From Toensbergia leucococca (Eukaryota), in assembly GCA_022813965.1 (NCBI GenBank), contig JALDZS010000047.1, positions 62,001 to 126,000 on the forward strand: 64,000 nucleotides of DNA, given 5' to 3'. Below the pieces are notes generated by a model. The model did not search any database. It was not told where the DNA came from and saw only the letters and a list, made by a program, of their open reading frames with translations. How positions within the stretch are numbered: the first letter of the stretch is position 1; every line of letters begins with the position of its first letter. Positions 1-12,236 of the stretch are shown here, in pieces. The position numbers were made by a program, and so were the translations under genes.

Positions 1-272
1 ATAAACATTCACCGCCTTCCACCATCGCAATAAAGATCAAGTACCAAACCCCTTCCATCCCCCATTCCCCATAGCCCCTCTCAAAAATCTTGGTAAACAC
101 CTTCCAACAGCTCCATCTACGTTTGCACAACCCCCCAAGATTCTAGGTACTGATGTATCTGCCTCACTGCCCAGGCCCTGCAATATTTGTCCATCCACCG
201 CTAACAATCCCAATCACAGCTTGGGCATCCGCGACGGCATTCTGTGTTCATTCCTTTCGACAATCTCCCTTT

Positions 273-498
273 AAAGGGCGGACCTCAGTATGAGGAGTTT
301 TGAACTCCTGGTCGCGAGTCGGTATGCGTCAGCAGTATCACATTTTGATTCAGGGCCCTGCAAAAGGCGGACTCCAGTACCAGGAGTTTTGAGCTCTTGG
401 TCATGCCTCAGTATAATGCGGCAGGGCCCTTCAAAGGGCGGACCTCAGTATGAGGAGTTTCGAACTCTTAGTCGCGAGTCAGTTGCGTCAGCAGTACC
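273..498. repeat. Three degenerate direct repeats, spaced about 70-90 bp apart
   Basis: AAAGGGCGGACCTCAGTATGAGGAGTTT(T/C)GAACTC...GTCGCGAGTC...GCGTCAGCAGTA occurs at 273 and 433. A diverged middle copy (AAAAGGCGGACTCCAGTACCAGGAGTTTTGAGCTC) occurs at 362. Confidence 0.85.
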
Positions 499-1176
499 AT
501 GCACGCAGTATGGTGCAGGTATTCTGTTTTGTACTTTTTCCTCCATACTATAAAATCGAACATCGCATCGTCAAAATATATCCTTGAGAGCAACATTCTC
601 AAACCTATTTGTGTGCATTGCTTCTTTCATCATCTGCTGCTGACACTGACACGGGCGCCTTTCATCTTCTGCTGGACTGACATGGCAGCTAAGGCAGGAC
701 CTTGCTTCAATGCGGCAGGCTCCTGCCGCATCCCCGGCGGCCCACAAACGTCAATTCTGATAGATCAAGCGATCATCACTGACTCTACCTGGTGGAGAGG
801 AAGTGTTGAGTCAGCTCAGGGAGGGGAAAGGGCGATTTCCTTGTTTCTGACTCTCATTGCCTAATTTTAATTGATGCATTCTTTGTTTCGTAAGAGGCGG
901 CACTTGCGGGGCAGGGAAGAGGACAGCGGTTGAGAAAATTAATATAGCGGGTACCTGTTTTCTTAGGGGCGACCCGACTCCGCGTTTCACGCGTCAGGCT
1001 CGTTGTACTGAAATATTGCCCGGACCGCCACGCCACCACAGCGTTGCATTTCCTTGAGCAAGGCAGTGTTTCCGTGTAGGAGATTTATCCATTTGCACTC
1101 AGCCGACGATGTAGATCGTACACTTGTAACCGATTAGCTACATTTTGAACCGTGTACAAGAGCTTCTGGGGCCATC

Positions 1177-2700
1177 TCAAAGCTTGGACGTTCCCAGAGG
1201 TCGTTCGAGCATCTTGGTCTTGTGTTGATAATTTTTGACAAGCTGCCTGACGGCCAGGTCTAGCATGACGTCTTCTGAACCACCCGGGATACGGGCTACT
1301 GGTATCTCGCGGTACAGTCCTATGGTGGCGAGTAAGTAGGGAATTGTCATGGCGGGACTGACCATCGTAGTCATCTGATGAATGTGAAGACTTACGTTCT
1401 ACGAGCTCGCCCTTTCCCGTTCTCGTCAAGCCGTTCCCCCCAAACAGCAATACAGCACACCTGCCACACTCCTCCAACACCATTCCTGCGTTCGCCTTCG
1501 CCAACGCTGTCATTCCCCCTAGCTCCACATCCGCTTCCACCTTACTTAGCCTTGTCATCTGATACACAAATTGCTCTATCCAAGCCCACTGGCTCTCGAG
1601 CAAGGCCCCACATTTTGCAAGCCGATGTCTCACAACTGGCTGGTCCATCAGCGTCTTCCCAAAGGCTTCCCTCTGTAAGCAGTACTCGAATGCCGCGGCT
1701 AGGGCAACCCGAGCTTGTCGTGTAGCACCGATTGCGATTGTTAGGCGCTCATGATTGAAATTTGTCATAATGTACTTCATGCCAAGGCCTTCTTCACCAA
1801 TGAGGTTTTCAACAGGTACTTTTACATCGGAGAGGGTAATGAATGTTGTACCGCCAGAGGCTGAGCCAGTTACCTTGAGACGGCGCATGGCTACTCCAGG
1901 ATAATCGAGGAGGGGGACGAGGAGGAGAGAGAGGCCGGTAGGGCCAGGACCAGATGTGCGGACAGCCATTGTTGAATATGTAGACCAGACGCCGTTTGTG
2001 ACCCTTAAAGGTATTACTGACAGCGCAAAGATCTGTTCTGAGCGACTGATAATTACCATTTTTTGGACCCATTGACAATATAATGCCTCCCATCTGCAGT
2101 TCTCGTGGCCGTGGTCTGAATATTCGCAACGTCGGAGCCTGCCTCTGGCTCGGTAATGGCGATACATATTCTCTTCTTTCCTAGCAAGAGCTCTGGTAAA
2201 ACCCGCTCTTGTAATTCAGTGCCACCAAATTTGAGTAGTGGAGGTACGCCAAAAGCCATGCCAGTGATTAGAGAGCTCGCAGGACCTCCCAGCCCAGATC
2301 TATTCATCTATCGAACAGTTAATCACTTGCAGTGCTACCAGCAAATATCCTGTCAAGCAGAAATGTATACCTCATCGACATATATAGCAGTATGCAGGTA
2401 ATCCCAGTCCTCCACTTTCACAACCCCGAGTATCTCATGCACACCCAATCTCTTCAACCACTTTACGGGTAACGGGGCAGGTAAGCTCGGGACAAGCATA
2501 CCCGCGTCTGCAAAGGTGGGAAAGATATGGTCGGGGACCATCTCATCGCGTTCCCAGTCCATGGCATGCTTGTGAAGGTTCTCGTAGATGAAGGCGCGGC
2601 ACGCTTTCTGCCATGCGAGGTGCGAGGCCGAATAGTACGGGGAAGGGAGGCCAGCGAGGTAGGGGGGTTCCGAGAAAGGAATTGGTGTTTTAGAGGCCAT
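1177..2700 (-). CDS. Acyl-CoA dehydrogenase (4 exons)
   Basis: Joined ORFs carry ACAD motifs: CIAITEPEAGSDVA, YIVNGSKKW-VTNG, NFNHERL, QREAFGKTL, LFGGNG, RIPGGSEDVM. Introns 2308-2370, 2004-2056 and 1320-1395 restore the frame. Confidence 0.95.
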
Positions 2701-3056
2701 GCTGTGCAGACCGATTGTTGTTGTGGAGGAAATATCCGTGTTGCGTAAGTTTCTCGATCCCTACGGATATTTACTCCGCAGTCCAACTGGGCCTCGGCAT
2801 TTTGCATTAGCGAGCGTCTAACCCGTTGCCCTAATCTCAAGATCCGGCTACAGATAGTAATGTTTTGGAGATAACATCACACATCACAAATTTTACGATG
2901 AGAGCTACGTTCAAACGTTGAGAGGAAGTTTAGGGTTAAATGCTGAAAGTAGCAGGTTTAGAGAGGAAAAGAGAAAAGCACAATGGGCTTAGTGTTGAGT
3001 ACCCGTGCCAGACTGAATTACAACTGTAGATATCCCCTTCCTCATTCCTATCTTCT

Positions 3057-3941
3057 CTATTTCACAACTCGACTTACCTTATACTCAACTACCACCTTTC
3101 CCCCTTCCTCAACCACAAATCTGCCCGCCCCCACAAAAGTACCCATTTCCAACGCCTTCAGCTCGGGCGATCCAGTTTCAAATCGCATTTCAATGACTGC
3201 GAAACGCGGAAAGTTCAGCCTTCTCATCTAAGAAAGGAAAAGGAAAAGGAGGAAACGTACAGGAGCCACCGAAGTCGGTTGTTTTGGCGTCAGGTGATCC
3301 GCTTAAGACAGCGCCTAAAGCGGGAGTGATGTCGACGACGCCTGTATAATTTAGGTAGATGAGGGCTTGGGTTTTTTTGTCTCTGATTTTTTGAGTGGTA
3401 TTAGTTTGCCTCTTGATTACATATTTTAATCCGCAACTTCATACAATAGCACCACCCATCGCTGTTGATCACGAAAGAATGCATCTCTTGTGCCGCTACT
3501 CGGTACGGCATTCGATAGATAGAGCTGGAACACCTACTTCACCACGCCGTGTGCACTGAGGCGCATGGCTTTTCCGTCGGGGTCGTTGCGAATATAATCG
3601 TTGCCTGTGCCGACGAACTCGGCGTCTAGAGCTGGGCTGAAGGAAGGTTCGGTTTTAAGGGTACCGCCTGTCATTGGCTGGCTCCCACAAGTCAATTAGC
3701 TGGAGAGCCGGGGAGGAAGGGGAAGAGGGACGTGCAGCTATATTCAAGGGTGCGCCTTTGGACCCGGCACCTGGATAGGGTCAATAGGGATGAAAATTGT
3801 GGATAAAGGGTAAGAGTGACTAGCCTACGGACATGGGGGCATCGATGGCAACCTATTGCTTTAGCTACTTGATTTCGAAAGGAGGGCGAAGGGAAGTACC
3901 AAGACCGTGAGGGCGGGCTGAAGGGAGGGAAAACCGGACAT
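3057..3941 (-). CDS. DUF3237/UPF0311 family protein (6 exons, absent from the ORF track)
   Basis: Manual splicing gives MSGFPSLQPALTVL-VAIDAPMSVG-AGSKGAPLNIA-PMTGGTLKTEPSFSPALDAEFVGTGNDYIRNDPDGKAMRLSAHGVVK-DKKTQALIYLNYTGVVDITP...TTDFGGS-FIEMRFETGSPELKALEMGTFVGAGRFVVEEGGKVVVEYKVSRVVK*. Introns: 3853-3899, 3771-3824, 3678-3735, 3383-3537, 3197-3260. Confidence 0.85.
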
Positions 3942-4430
3942 GTTGGTGAGTTGGATTGGAGAGAAGATGGTGCTGGGTGTGAGATGAAGAAAATGAGGGT
4001 AGAGGGTCAATAAGGAATGCTGTACATATTGTAACAACGATTAATCCCTCGGATTTCCCCGCTCCAAAGGAGGGAATTACCCCGCCTTCCTGCTCATCCA
4101 AATCTCTGAATACAACATTTGTTCGACAGCCTGTAGGGTTGTAGGTCATGTAATGGTGACGAGCTATGCATTTGATGTGTTGATTGAGGCATGGGATTAG
4201 TTACTAGGTAGGCGTGAGGAGTGTCTCGCCGCAATGCGTGATTCAAAGAATTTAGCAATATTAGCTGTATGATGCTGTCAAGGATAGCGGTCTAGCCTGA
4301 GCATTCCCTCTATTTTGGACAATAGCTCGATTAAGAAGAGATGCCTCAGCACAATTTTGTCCTGAAATCTGGACGTCACCGATGCAAGCACTCTGAAAAT
4401 ATGCAGTCCCTAGCGCCAGGCTTGAATGTC

Positions 4431-5381
4431 TTAGATCTGATTTGGGACGGCAGGACTCGGTACCGCCGGAGTAGAGTTTCCATAAGCGACCGGTGTACCT
4501 CTTGCTCTTGGCGTGCTCGGCGTTCCAGAGCTACCCATGCCAGGTGTGCTTCCCGGCGTACCACTAGACCCAAGCCCCCTCTTCATCATCTTCCCCAACA
4601 CCCCCACCAGCTCGGCCGCATCTTCAAACATATCGTCGTCCATGCCTTCCTGTGCGTTGTACACGTCTTTGATAGATTGCTGCGCCAGTTTGCGGGATCC
4701 TTCGACGTCATGCAAGCAATCATACAGGTAGGCTGCGTATTCCATCTTGACGGACAGACGAATGGGATGGGAACCGGAGATGAGATCGTCGGCGAGTGCG
4801 GCGGCTGTAGTGAAGCAGGATGTTGCAGTTGGGATGTAGTCGATTGCCGGAAGGAGAAAACTGGCCGAGGGTTTAGGTACGGAAATGGGGGTCAGCCCAG
4901 GAGGCAAAGGGCCAGGGTTTCGGACAGGACCACCTTCCATTGGGTTTAGGTAGACGGGTGAGATCCTCATGGAGCCGCGGTCTACTCCTTTGCCTTTGCT
5001 CAAGGTAGCATAGCTAGGGATCGCTGTTTGATTGACACTAGGCTGGTTGTGGAAGAGAACGTAGATGTGATAGAAGCTGGCTCTTAGCTTATAAGAGAGG
5101 ATTTTAAGCTCGACATAGTCAGCAACCATTGGAAGGATATATTGTTCAATGATGACCAAGCCTTCTCTCGATAGCCAAATGATGTGATGGTAAAGCTGCA
5201 AGGATTTGGTGTCTCGTGTTGTGTCGAGTTTTCGGAGTCGTCGTGCGCGTACAAGTTTTTTGGATAGTATGACCGAGAGGCCGAGAATTTTGTAGAGCAT
5301 AGCTGAGAGGAAGGGGTTGTCATTGCTGGTTGCCTTTGCGAATTGCCCTAGGAACTTTTGATCTACCTCCGAAGAGGCCAT
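4431..5381 (-). CDS. Divergent fungal 14-3-3 domain protein
   Basis: Intronless ORF starting MASSEVDQKFLG. It contains SHPIRLSVKMEYAAYLYDCL...AQQSIKDVY, resembling the 14-3-3 segment THPIRLGLALNFSVFYYE. Confidence 0.85.
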   Translation of the reverse strand: MASSEVDQKFLGQFAKATSNDNPFLSAMLYKILGLSVILSKKLVRARRLRKLDTTRDTKSLQLYHHIIWLSREGLVIIEQYILPMVADYVELKILSYKLRASFYHIYVLFHNQPSVNQTAIPSYATLSKGKGVDRGSMRISPVYLNPMEGGPVRNPGPLPPGLTPISVPKPSASFLLPAIDYIPTATSCFTTAAALADDLISGSHPIRLSVKMEYAAYLYDCLHDVEGSRKLAQQSIKDVYNAQEGMDDDMFEDAAELVGVLGKMMKRGLGSSGTPGSTPGMGSSGTPSTPRARGTPVAYGNSTPAVPSPAVPNQI

Positions 5382-7199
5382 CAAAATTTCCTCGAGACAC
5401 CGTATCTATTCTATAGTCATTGGTACTGAACCAGCCCACTTAATGAGTTGCATGATAGTAGTGACCAAGCAGATTCCACAGCATATGCCTTTAAAATGAA
5501 CAGTTTGAGACGGGGGTGAGGTGAGATGAAGGGACCCTGCGCATCCAAGTATCAAGTATCTGTGAATGTTGCGGTTCTCTCATATTGCGGTGAGAGGTGA
5601 TCCAAACAACCTCAAACGGAAATGTGAAACATTGTCGGTGAACATCTTAGAAAACGTGCTTACCTGTTGCCGCTGGCGATGTTCATGCAGTAATACCGAG
5701 CCTAGACGGAGCCGATCTGTCTATTCTCTCCGTGATGAAGATTGTGCCGAATCAAACCTCTATAGATGCAACCAACAGCAATGACTAAATCAAGTTGCGC
5801 TCTTAATTATTGCCAGACAGGGACCTCCCAACAGACGCGAATATCTTGAAATCTCTATACCAGATCCTTGTGCAGACCGCCCAAAACAAGAAGACGCGTG
5901 CAGAATCGTATTGTTACTAGGAGAACGGTGATGTGGAGAAGATATCAATCGTTTGGAAGTTCTTCAAGAAGTCTGTTGAGGGCTCGTAGAATGGTGAGCC
6001 CTTGGATGGGATGTTGTACAATTGAGACAAAGAGATCAATGGCTGAACCAACGCCTTGGAAAATTCTATCAACCTCAAAGCTATGGTCAGCATCCTCGAG
6101 CATAAGCGGGGAGGGAATTTGGCCTACATTAAGATTACACCGACCCAAGCAAATACTGTGTGGTCATGAACTCATGAACGTCGAGCTGGACAATTGCGTT
6201 TGCTCGTACACGGAATGAATTCTATTAGAAGCGACGCGGGGTATGAGATGCTTGTAAAGGCAGGCTGACGACACATGCTGCGAGGTAACGACACAACGAC
6301 GAGAAAATATTTGGGCTCGTAGTAAGGCAGCGACGAGGTCTCGGAGGTCAATTAGCTCAGCTAAGCTTCACTATCCTTGCCTGAGATCAGCACTGGAGTT
6401 CAAGGGCTCTAGAAGAAATCGTGGTTCCGTGGCTGCGATTTCTTTCCGTACTGTGGACTCGGAAAGCTACAAGGCTGGGAAAACAGCGAACAAAGTCGGG
6501 GATGAGGTGCGTCTGGGTGCAAAATCCGTAGAAGAGCCAAACCGAGTTAAAGTGAAGGCATGGGGCCGAATATAGTGCTACCTACCCTCGATGCCGTGTC
6601 GTAGGGTGGATTGAGTCTCGCTGGTCCTGCATGAAGCTTGCATACGTGTCAGGCCGGAGGAGCTTCATTTCTTTTCCACATCCCTGTCCCCTACGCGAAA
6701 GGGTCTAGATCTAGAGGATAGTTGATCTTGGGCAGGAGAGAAGAGGCGATCCTCTATTCCACAGCGATAACGCGAAAGCGACATAGCTGGGGGTTCAGTC
6801 TTTGTTAGGCATCAATCATCTGGAAATGTTTGAACGGTGCGAAGGAATGTTTGAACTTCTCATATTCGTCATCATCATTTGGCTCGGTTGGGCATTAGAA
6901 CAAAACTACTCCGTACCTTAGGTATTCTTAGGTAAGCACGGTAAGGTAGAGGTAAGGTAGTTCTACTTGTGGCGGCCTGAGACAATGAGGCTGAGCATAG
7001 GCCAATCAATGCCACTTCCTAGCTAAGCTTCTTGCCCTGGTCAGATATAGCCCTATCGTACCTGCTTCTTTCAACCTCAAGTCCTGCTAAGAGGACATGC
7101 CTATCATATCGGCGGCGTATTCTTATCGGCATCTTGTCAAACTTTAGACTTGGGCATTGAGCCTGAGAGCTTACTTGAGCAACACTGACTCAATCCGAC

Positions 7200-8160
7200 A
7201 TCTCGACTTGCCTTCACTGCACCAAAATGGAAGACCAGCCAAAGAGCGGTGAAGATCCACTAAGTCAAACTTAAACTCTTCAAGCCGGAGACTGGCAGCA
7301 ACGTCAAAGACAGTCTAGAGCGGCTCCCTCTTGGAGAGGTATTCTCAAGCAATTAGTCAGTCTTTGACATGGGTCAGTGTCGAGGTGAATATCCTATCCG
7401 ATGCACTCGATGTATCCATCATGCCCTGGTCGAGTCCGAGCGCAATAAGTTATAGAGCCAGTGAGCGCTCTGTGTTTACTCGTAGGCACATAGTAGGACG
7501 TATGTTGAATATTTCCTGTGCATGTTTGCCTCTTCTGGTTTTATTACTGCAGCTGTCTTCTTTGGTTGGCGTTTTGATTGAAAATAATCTCTCAGTCTGT
7601 GAAAAGAAGTCTTTGCTGGCACAAGATTTAATCCCGAGCAAGTTGTTCCATTCTTGGTCCTCCTATCCTGTTTTTGAGCATGCTTCAACCTTAGTTGAAC
7701 CACCAAGCAATCTTATTGCCTTTCTTGATGAGAAGCTAACATCTGATCATTCTTCCACGATTGTCATCTTGGAATGAAACCTGCTTGAGTCAATTACCGT
7801 TCCTTACTGAATTTCATTACCAATATTTGAAGCCCAATGAAGAGTCTTTCCTTGAATGGTTAAAATTGGGTGCCTGACCAAACAATACACTGGTGTGTGC
7901 ATAAGTTGGTATCAACCTACGTATCGTTGCATCCAGTGCCAGTGTTGTTTTCTTGCGTCTAGGAAACTGGTCTTCATCTGCTGAACTATCTTGTTTGTTA
8001 GACATTGCTCGTCCTTAGACTTTGTTCACAAACTGCATCATCAAAATGAGCTCATTCAGTGTGGATCACTCTGTCAGCTCACCCATCGTCATCACTGCAA
8101 CGCTCCCACTCTGCAGTAATGCTTTGCGCAGACTCTGGTTGAACAAAGGTGAAGATCATG
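7200..8160 (-). pseudogene. Degenerate coding relic, identity unknown
   Basis: Protein-like minus-strand frames are broken by many TGA/TAA/TAG codons, e.g. MIFTFVQPESAQSITAEWERCSDDDG*ADRVIHTE*AHFDD. Confidence 0.3.
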
Positions 8161-8446
8161 ACTGTCAGGTTGATTTTCAACCACTCTGGGGAATAAAAGC
8201 TAAGCTTCTGCTGCTATGTTTACAGATCTTTCTACTTGAGAGACGCGTCAATCGCGATTGGTGTTTGACAGTTCCATCATAGAAGGCTCGTGCTAAACAG
8301 TATTTCCGGAACATGTATCCGTATCACCATCGGCGTTGAAGACCAACAAAAGGTGGACCATGGATTCTGAGAATTGTTCTTCATATCTGGACATGAAATA
8401 TCTGGCAATCTTAAAGACTTTGCATTTCTCGTGACACAGTACCACC

Positions 8447-10244
8447 CTAACCTTGCAACTTCCTACGGATGGTCAAAGGGTCGACCCGCTTACCAGTCTG
8501 GTCAAAGAACCTAGCAGATATCTCGGTCCATTTCTTCATCTCAAGGTGCTCCTTCATAGCTTGTAATTTCAGCAGCTGCCGAGATAAATTTCAGTTGAAT
8601 ACCATTATGGATTGGATTAAAAGAACTTACCTCGTCGACACTGAGCCTTCCACCTGCTTCAAGTAAGATGGTACTGGTACTGCTTGAATTCCCATCGCTC
8701 TTCCCGTCGTTTGACTTGTTTGTCTTCTCGATATTTTCCGTGGCAGCCTTGTTCTTTTCGGCTTTCTCTGCCTCGGCCTTTTCTTTCTTGGCTTTTTTCC
8801 TCTCAGACTTTTCTTTCTCGGCTTTTTCCTTATCAATCTTGTCCTTCTCGGCCTTTTCCGCTTCAGCCTTTTCTTGCTGCGCTTTCTCTCTCCTAGCCTT
8901 TTTCCTCTCGGCCTTTGCCGTCAAAATGGTTTCCATCTCAGCCTTTTCCTTGGCCGCCTTTTCTTCCTCGGCCTTTTCGGCCTCCGCCTTTGCCTTTTCA
9001 GCCTCTGCCTTGGCCTTTGCCTTCTCGGCCTTTGCATTCTGAGCCTTCTCCTTGCCTTCCTTTGCCTTCTGCTCACTTGTTTTGCTCTTCTCGGCCTTTG
9101 CCTTTTCGGCCTTTTCTTTCCCTTCTTTGGCCTTTTCTTCGCTTGTCTTGGTTGCATCAGCATTTGCATTCCCAGGTTTTTCTTTGCCCTGTTTGGCCTT
9201 CTGCTCGTTCTTTTTACCCTCTGTTCCTTCCTTTGGAGCTTTCGAGTCATCCCCCTTTCCGCCGTCTTTGGTTAGTTCTTTGTAACGCTCCTTGAGCCCG
9301 GACTTTCCTTCCAATATGGTATGAATTTCCTTCCAGGTCTTACCCATCGTCTTGAGACCCATTAGAGTGGCATCTTCGAGGGGAGTCCATTCTATCTTCT
9401 GTTCGTCCGTTTTAATCTTATCCTCCACGACTTCCTGGGAAGTTGTCGAATCGTTTTCTTTGCCTTTTCCTTTCGTTAATTCCTTGTAACGCTCTCGAAG
9501 TCCAGTCTTTCCATTCAAGAGAGTACGGATGTCCTCCCAGCTCCTATCCATTCCCTTAAGACCTATTAGGGCAGCATCTTCGAAGGGAGTCCAAACCGTC
9601 GATGTCTCCTGCTTGTCCGATTTACTTCCATCTCCACCTTCTTTACTAGCTTTCGCGTTATCTCCTTTACCGTTGGCTTTCGTTACTTCCTCAAAAAGTT
9701 TCTTGTAACGCGCATTGATTCCGTGCTTCCCTTTCATGAGAGCATGAACTTGTTTCGAGGAATAACCTAATGCCATGAGACCGACTAAAGTTGCATCCTC
9801 CATAGGAGTCCATTCCATGGACGGCGTGGACGTCTCCTTGACCATATCTAGGTCGGATGTAGCAGGTAATGTAATGGCAGGAAGTGGAGCAGGCGAAGCA
9901 GGAGGAACGACAGGTGGAGTAGATGGAGTGGTAGGTGGAGGTGGCGGAGCGGTAGGTGGAACGGCTGGCGGAGCAGGATTTAGATCGAAGGCGTCTTTCT
10001 ATCCGAAAGTCAGGTGTGTTCATAACATATTGAATCAAGAAACAAGATGGTTGTTTTCATCTGCGATTCTCACTCATGAAGCTTTTGTTGGACCTACCCA
10101 CTCCTTTGACATCTGATTTAATGACTTTTGGCTCAGAAGCATATCCCAAACACTGAAATTGATCTCGCGGCGAGGGGGTCTTGGCGTGACTGCATCCCCA
10201 TTTGGCTTTGGTTTATCCCTCACAAAGACATACTCTACTTTCAT
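8447..10244 (-). CDS. Myb/SANT-like repeat protein with a Pro-rich linker and an E/K/A-rich coiled coil (3 exons)
   Basis: Three WTP.EDA.L.GL..MG..W..I repeats. Introns 9999-10097 (GTAGGT..CTGAC..TAG) and 8576-8630 (GTAAGT..CAG) join MKVEYVFVR..., the Pro-rich linker and the last exon LLKLQAMKEHLEMKKWTEISARFFDQTGKRVDPLTIRRKLQG*. Confidence 0.75.
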
Positions 10245-10843
10245 GATAGCGAGTGTGGAATATATGAAGATGTTACGTGAATTAGGAGTCGTGTGAATGG
10301 GGACAGGTAGCAAAGTGTTGAAGAAGAATGTAAAGAAGAAGCTCCAGCTTTCCGAGCACGGTGGTCTTGAACATAATAAACATTGACGATAATTTCCAGA
10401 TAAGCCCATGTGTGTATTTCTACTTTCAAGCTGTATTCAGAGCCATGTTTGACGAATGATTTACCAACGACGTAGGAGATCTTAGAACGGGGGGCTCCAT
10501 CTTTTTCTTTTATTGACATTGAATATGACATACTCAAGTTGAAGTATCGAATGACTTACCCTTGGCCGCATATAGTTCACTTCGACGCTGTCTACGAGTA
10601 TCAAGCTGACGGATATGACTACAAAAATTTTAGGGGTTCTGCGTAGTTGGTGTCTGGCGAGATGATCTGGTTTCCGTAGAGTAACATTTTTGTCATGGTC
10701 ACCGTAGAATAATGGTTCCGCCGTGAAACGATAGAACGTCCAAAATCTCCTTGCATTGAAGCAAACTCTTGAATTAACGCTTTGAATAAAAAGTGTCAAG
10801 CTCTTTTACTCCTCGCTTTCTTTCTGCCCAAACTGTCCTTACC

Positions 10844-11678
10844 ATGCGCTCTTCCCTCTTTGCCACATGCGCCGCTCTGGCCTGCCTACTAGGAACCTCC
10901 CTTGCTCACAACATTCAAATGGGCGCCCACTCAAGGGAATGCTTCCACGAGTGGCTACACAAAGATGATAAAATGACCGTAACTTTCCAAGTGGGCGACC
11001 GAGAATTTGGAGGCAGTGGCAATTTAGATATTGATTTCTGGGTGCGTGCTTATGCTTCAGCACGCCAGGAGATGGCTAATATTTGCCTTACATTGTAGAT
11101 CCAAGATCCCTCCGGCGGCTATCAAGTCCACGAACGTGCGATATCTTCTGGTGATCATAGTTTCGAAGCGCGGTTTGATGGGAAATATCTCTACTGCTTC
11201 AGCAACGAGCATTGGTCTGCTAGTAGCAAGGAGGTTTCTTTCAATGTGCATGGCATTGTTTACGTGCCCGAGTCGGAAACCCCGTCGGATCCATTAGAGG
11301 CCGAAGGTACGCTTTCCTGATCCTCTTTCAACGTGTCCATCTCAGTGCTATCGAATTTCAATCGATCGCGATTGCTGACAAATGGAGTATTACATAGTGA
11401 GACAATTATCCGATCTACTATCGCAAGTCAAGGATGAGCAGTCATACATCGTGGTCAGGGAACGTACGCATAGAAATACAGCAGAGAGCACAAACGGGCG
11501 GGTCAAGTGGTGGAGTATCTTCCAACTGGGAGTGCTGATTGGGGAGGGAATCTTTCAGGTGTGGTGGTTGAAGAGATTCTTTGAAGTGGGTGTTCCCAGT
11601 CTCTTCATTCGGTATTGTTAGTTGTGCTGGACATGCTAATGTTTGGCGTGCTGTGAATAGGTCAAGCGTGTTGTCTAG
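10844..11678 (+). CDS. EMP24: p24/emp24/gp25L family COPII cargo receptor (4 exons)
   Basis: Signal peptide; GOLD domain (HSRECFHE.LHKDDKMTVTFQVGDREFGGSG, YCFSNEHW); VRERTHRNTAESTNGRVKWWS; TM helix; cytosolic tail KRFFEVKRVV*. Confidence 0.95.
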
Positions 11679-12236
11679 AATCACGGGTATTAGGCTTACG
11701 GCTACAAGAAAGGTTGTAAGAGTATGAAACAAGGAGTTCTTTGCTCAAGTCCAAGCTCTTCGAAATGTAGATCGGTCTTACGTGAGCTATCCTTCGACGT
11801 CTTTCTTAATCAATTCAAGATTCGATTGTACTCCGTCGGCCGTATCGGATCATATCATCTAGTGACTGAATAGCAAGGTTGGAATCCTGAGGTTCACGAG
11901 ACCACCTGATGAAGTATCTATTACTTTACCGTGTTTAGCTACCTAAGCTAACTGCTTGAAGCCGCTACCAAGATCGAGGATGTAGCGGCTTTCTTTTATG
12001 TTCATCGCACTTAACCATATTAAGTGTCTTCGATGGCTGTTATCGTTTGACTTTGCAGCTATCGAAACTCTCGTCATACGAGAGTTCAAGTTCTTCACTA
12101 ATCTGCTTGGCGAGACCAAGTTCTGTACCCATTGACATATGAGACCGATGCGAAACGTCAATGCGACGTAAGAACCACCTTTTCCACGAATATTATTGTA
12201 ACAGTACGCAGGCCTCTTCTTCGACAAAAATAACCC

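Noticed and set aside
273..498. CRISPR-like array
   Set aside because: Eukaryotic context, long degenerate units, no unique spacers, no cas genes.
5406..5690. Spliced uORF or 5' UTR intron ahead of the 14-3-3-like gene
   Set aside because: There is a good donor (GTAAGC at 5663), but I found no convincing branch site before the candidate acceptor; it cannot be supported without RNA data.
8668..9295. Plus-strand Phe/Ser/Ala-rich ORFs
   Set aside because: Antisense shadows of the charged coiled-coil region of the Myb-like gene.
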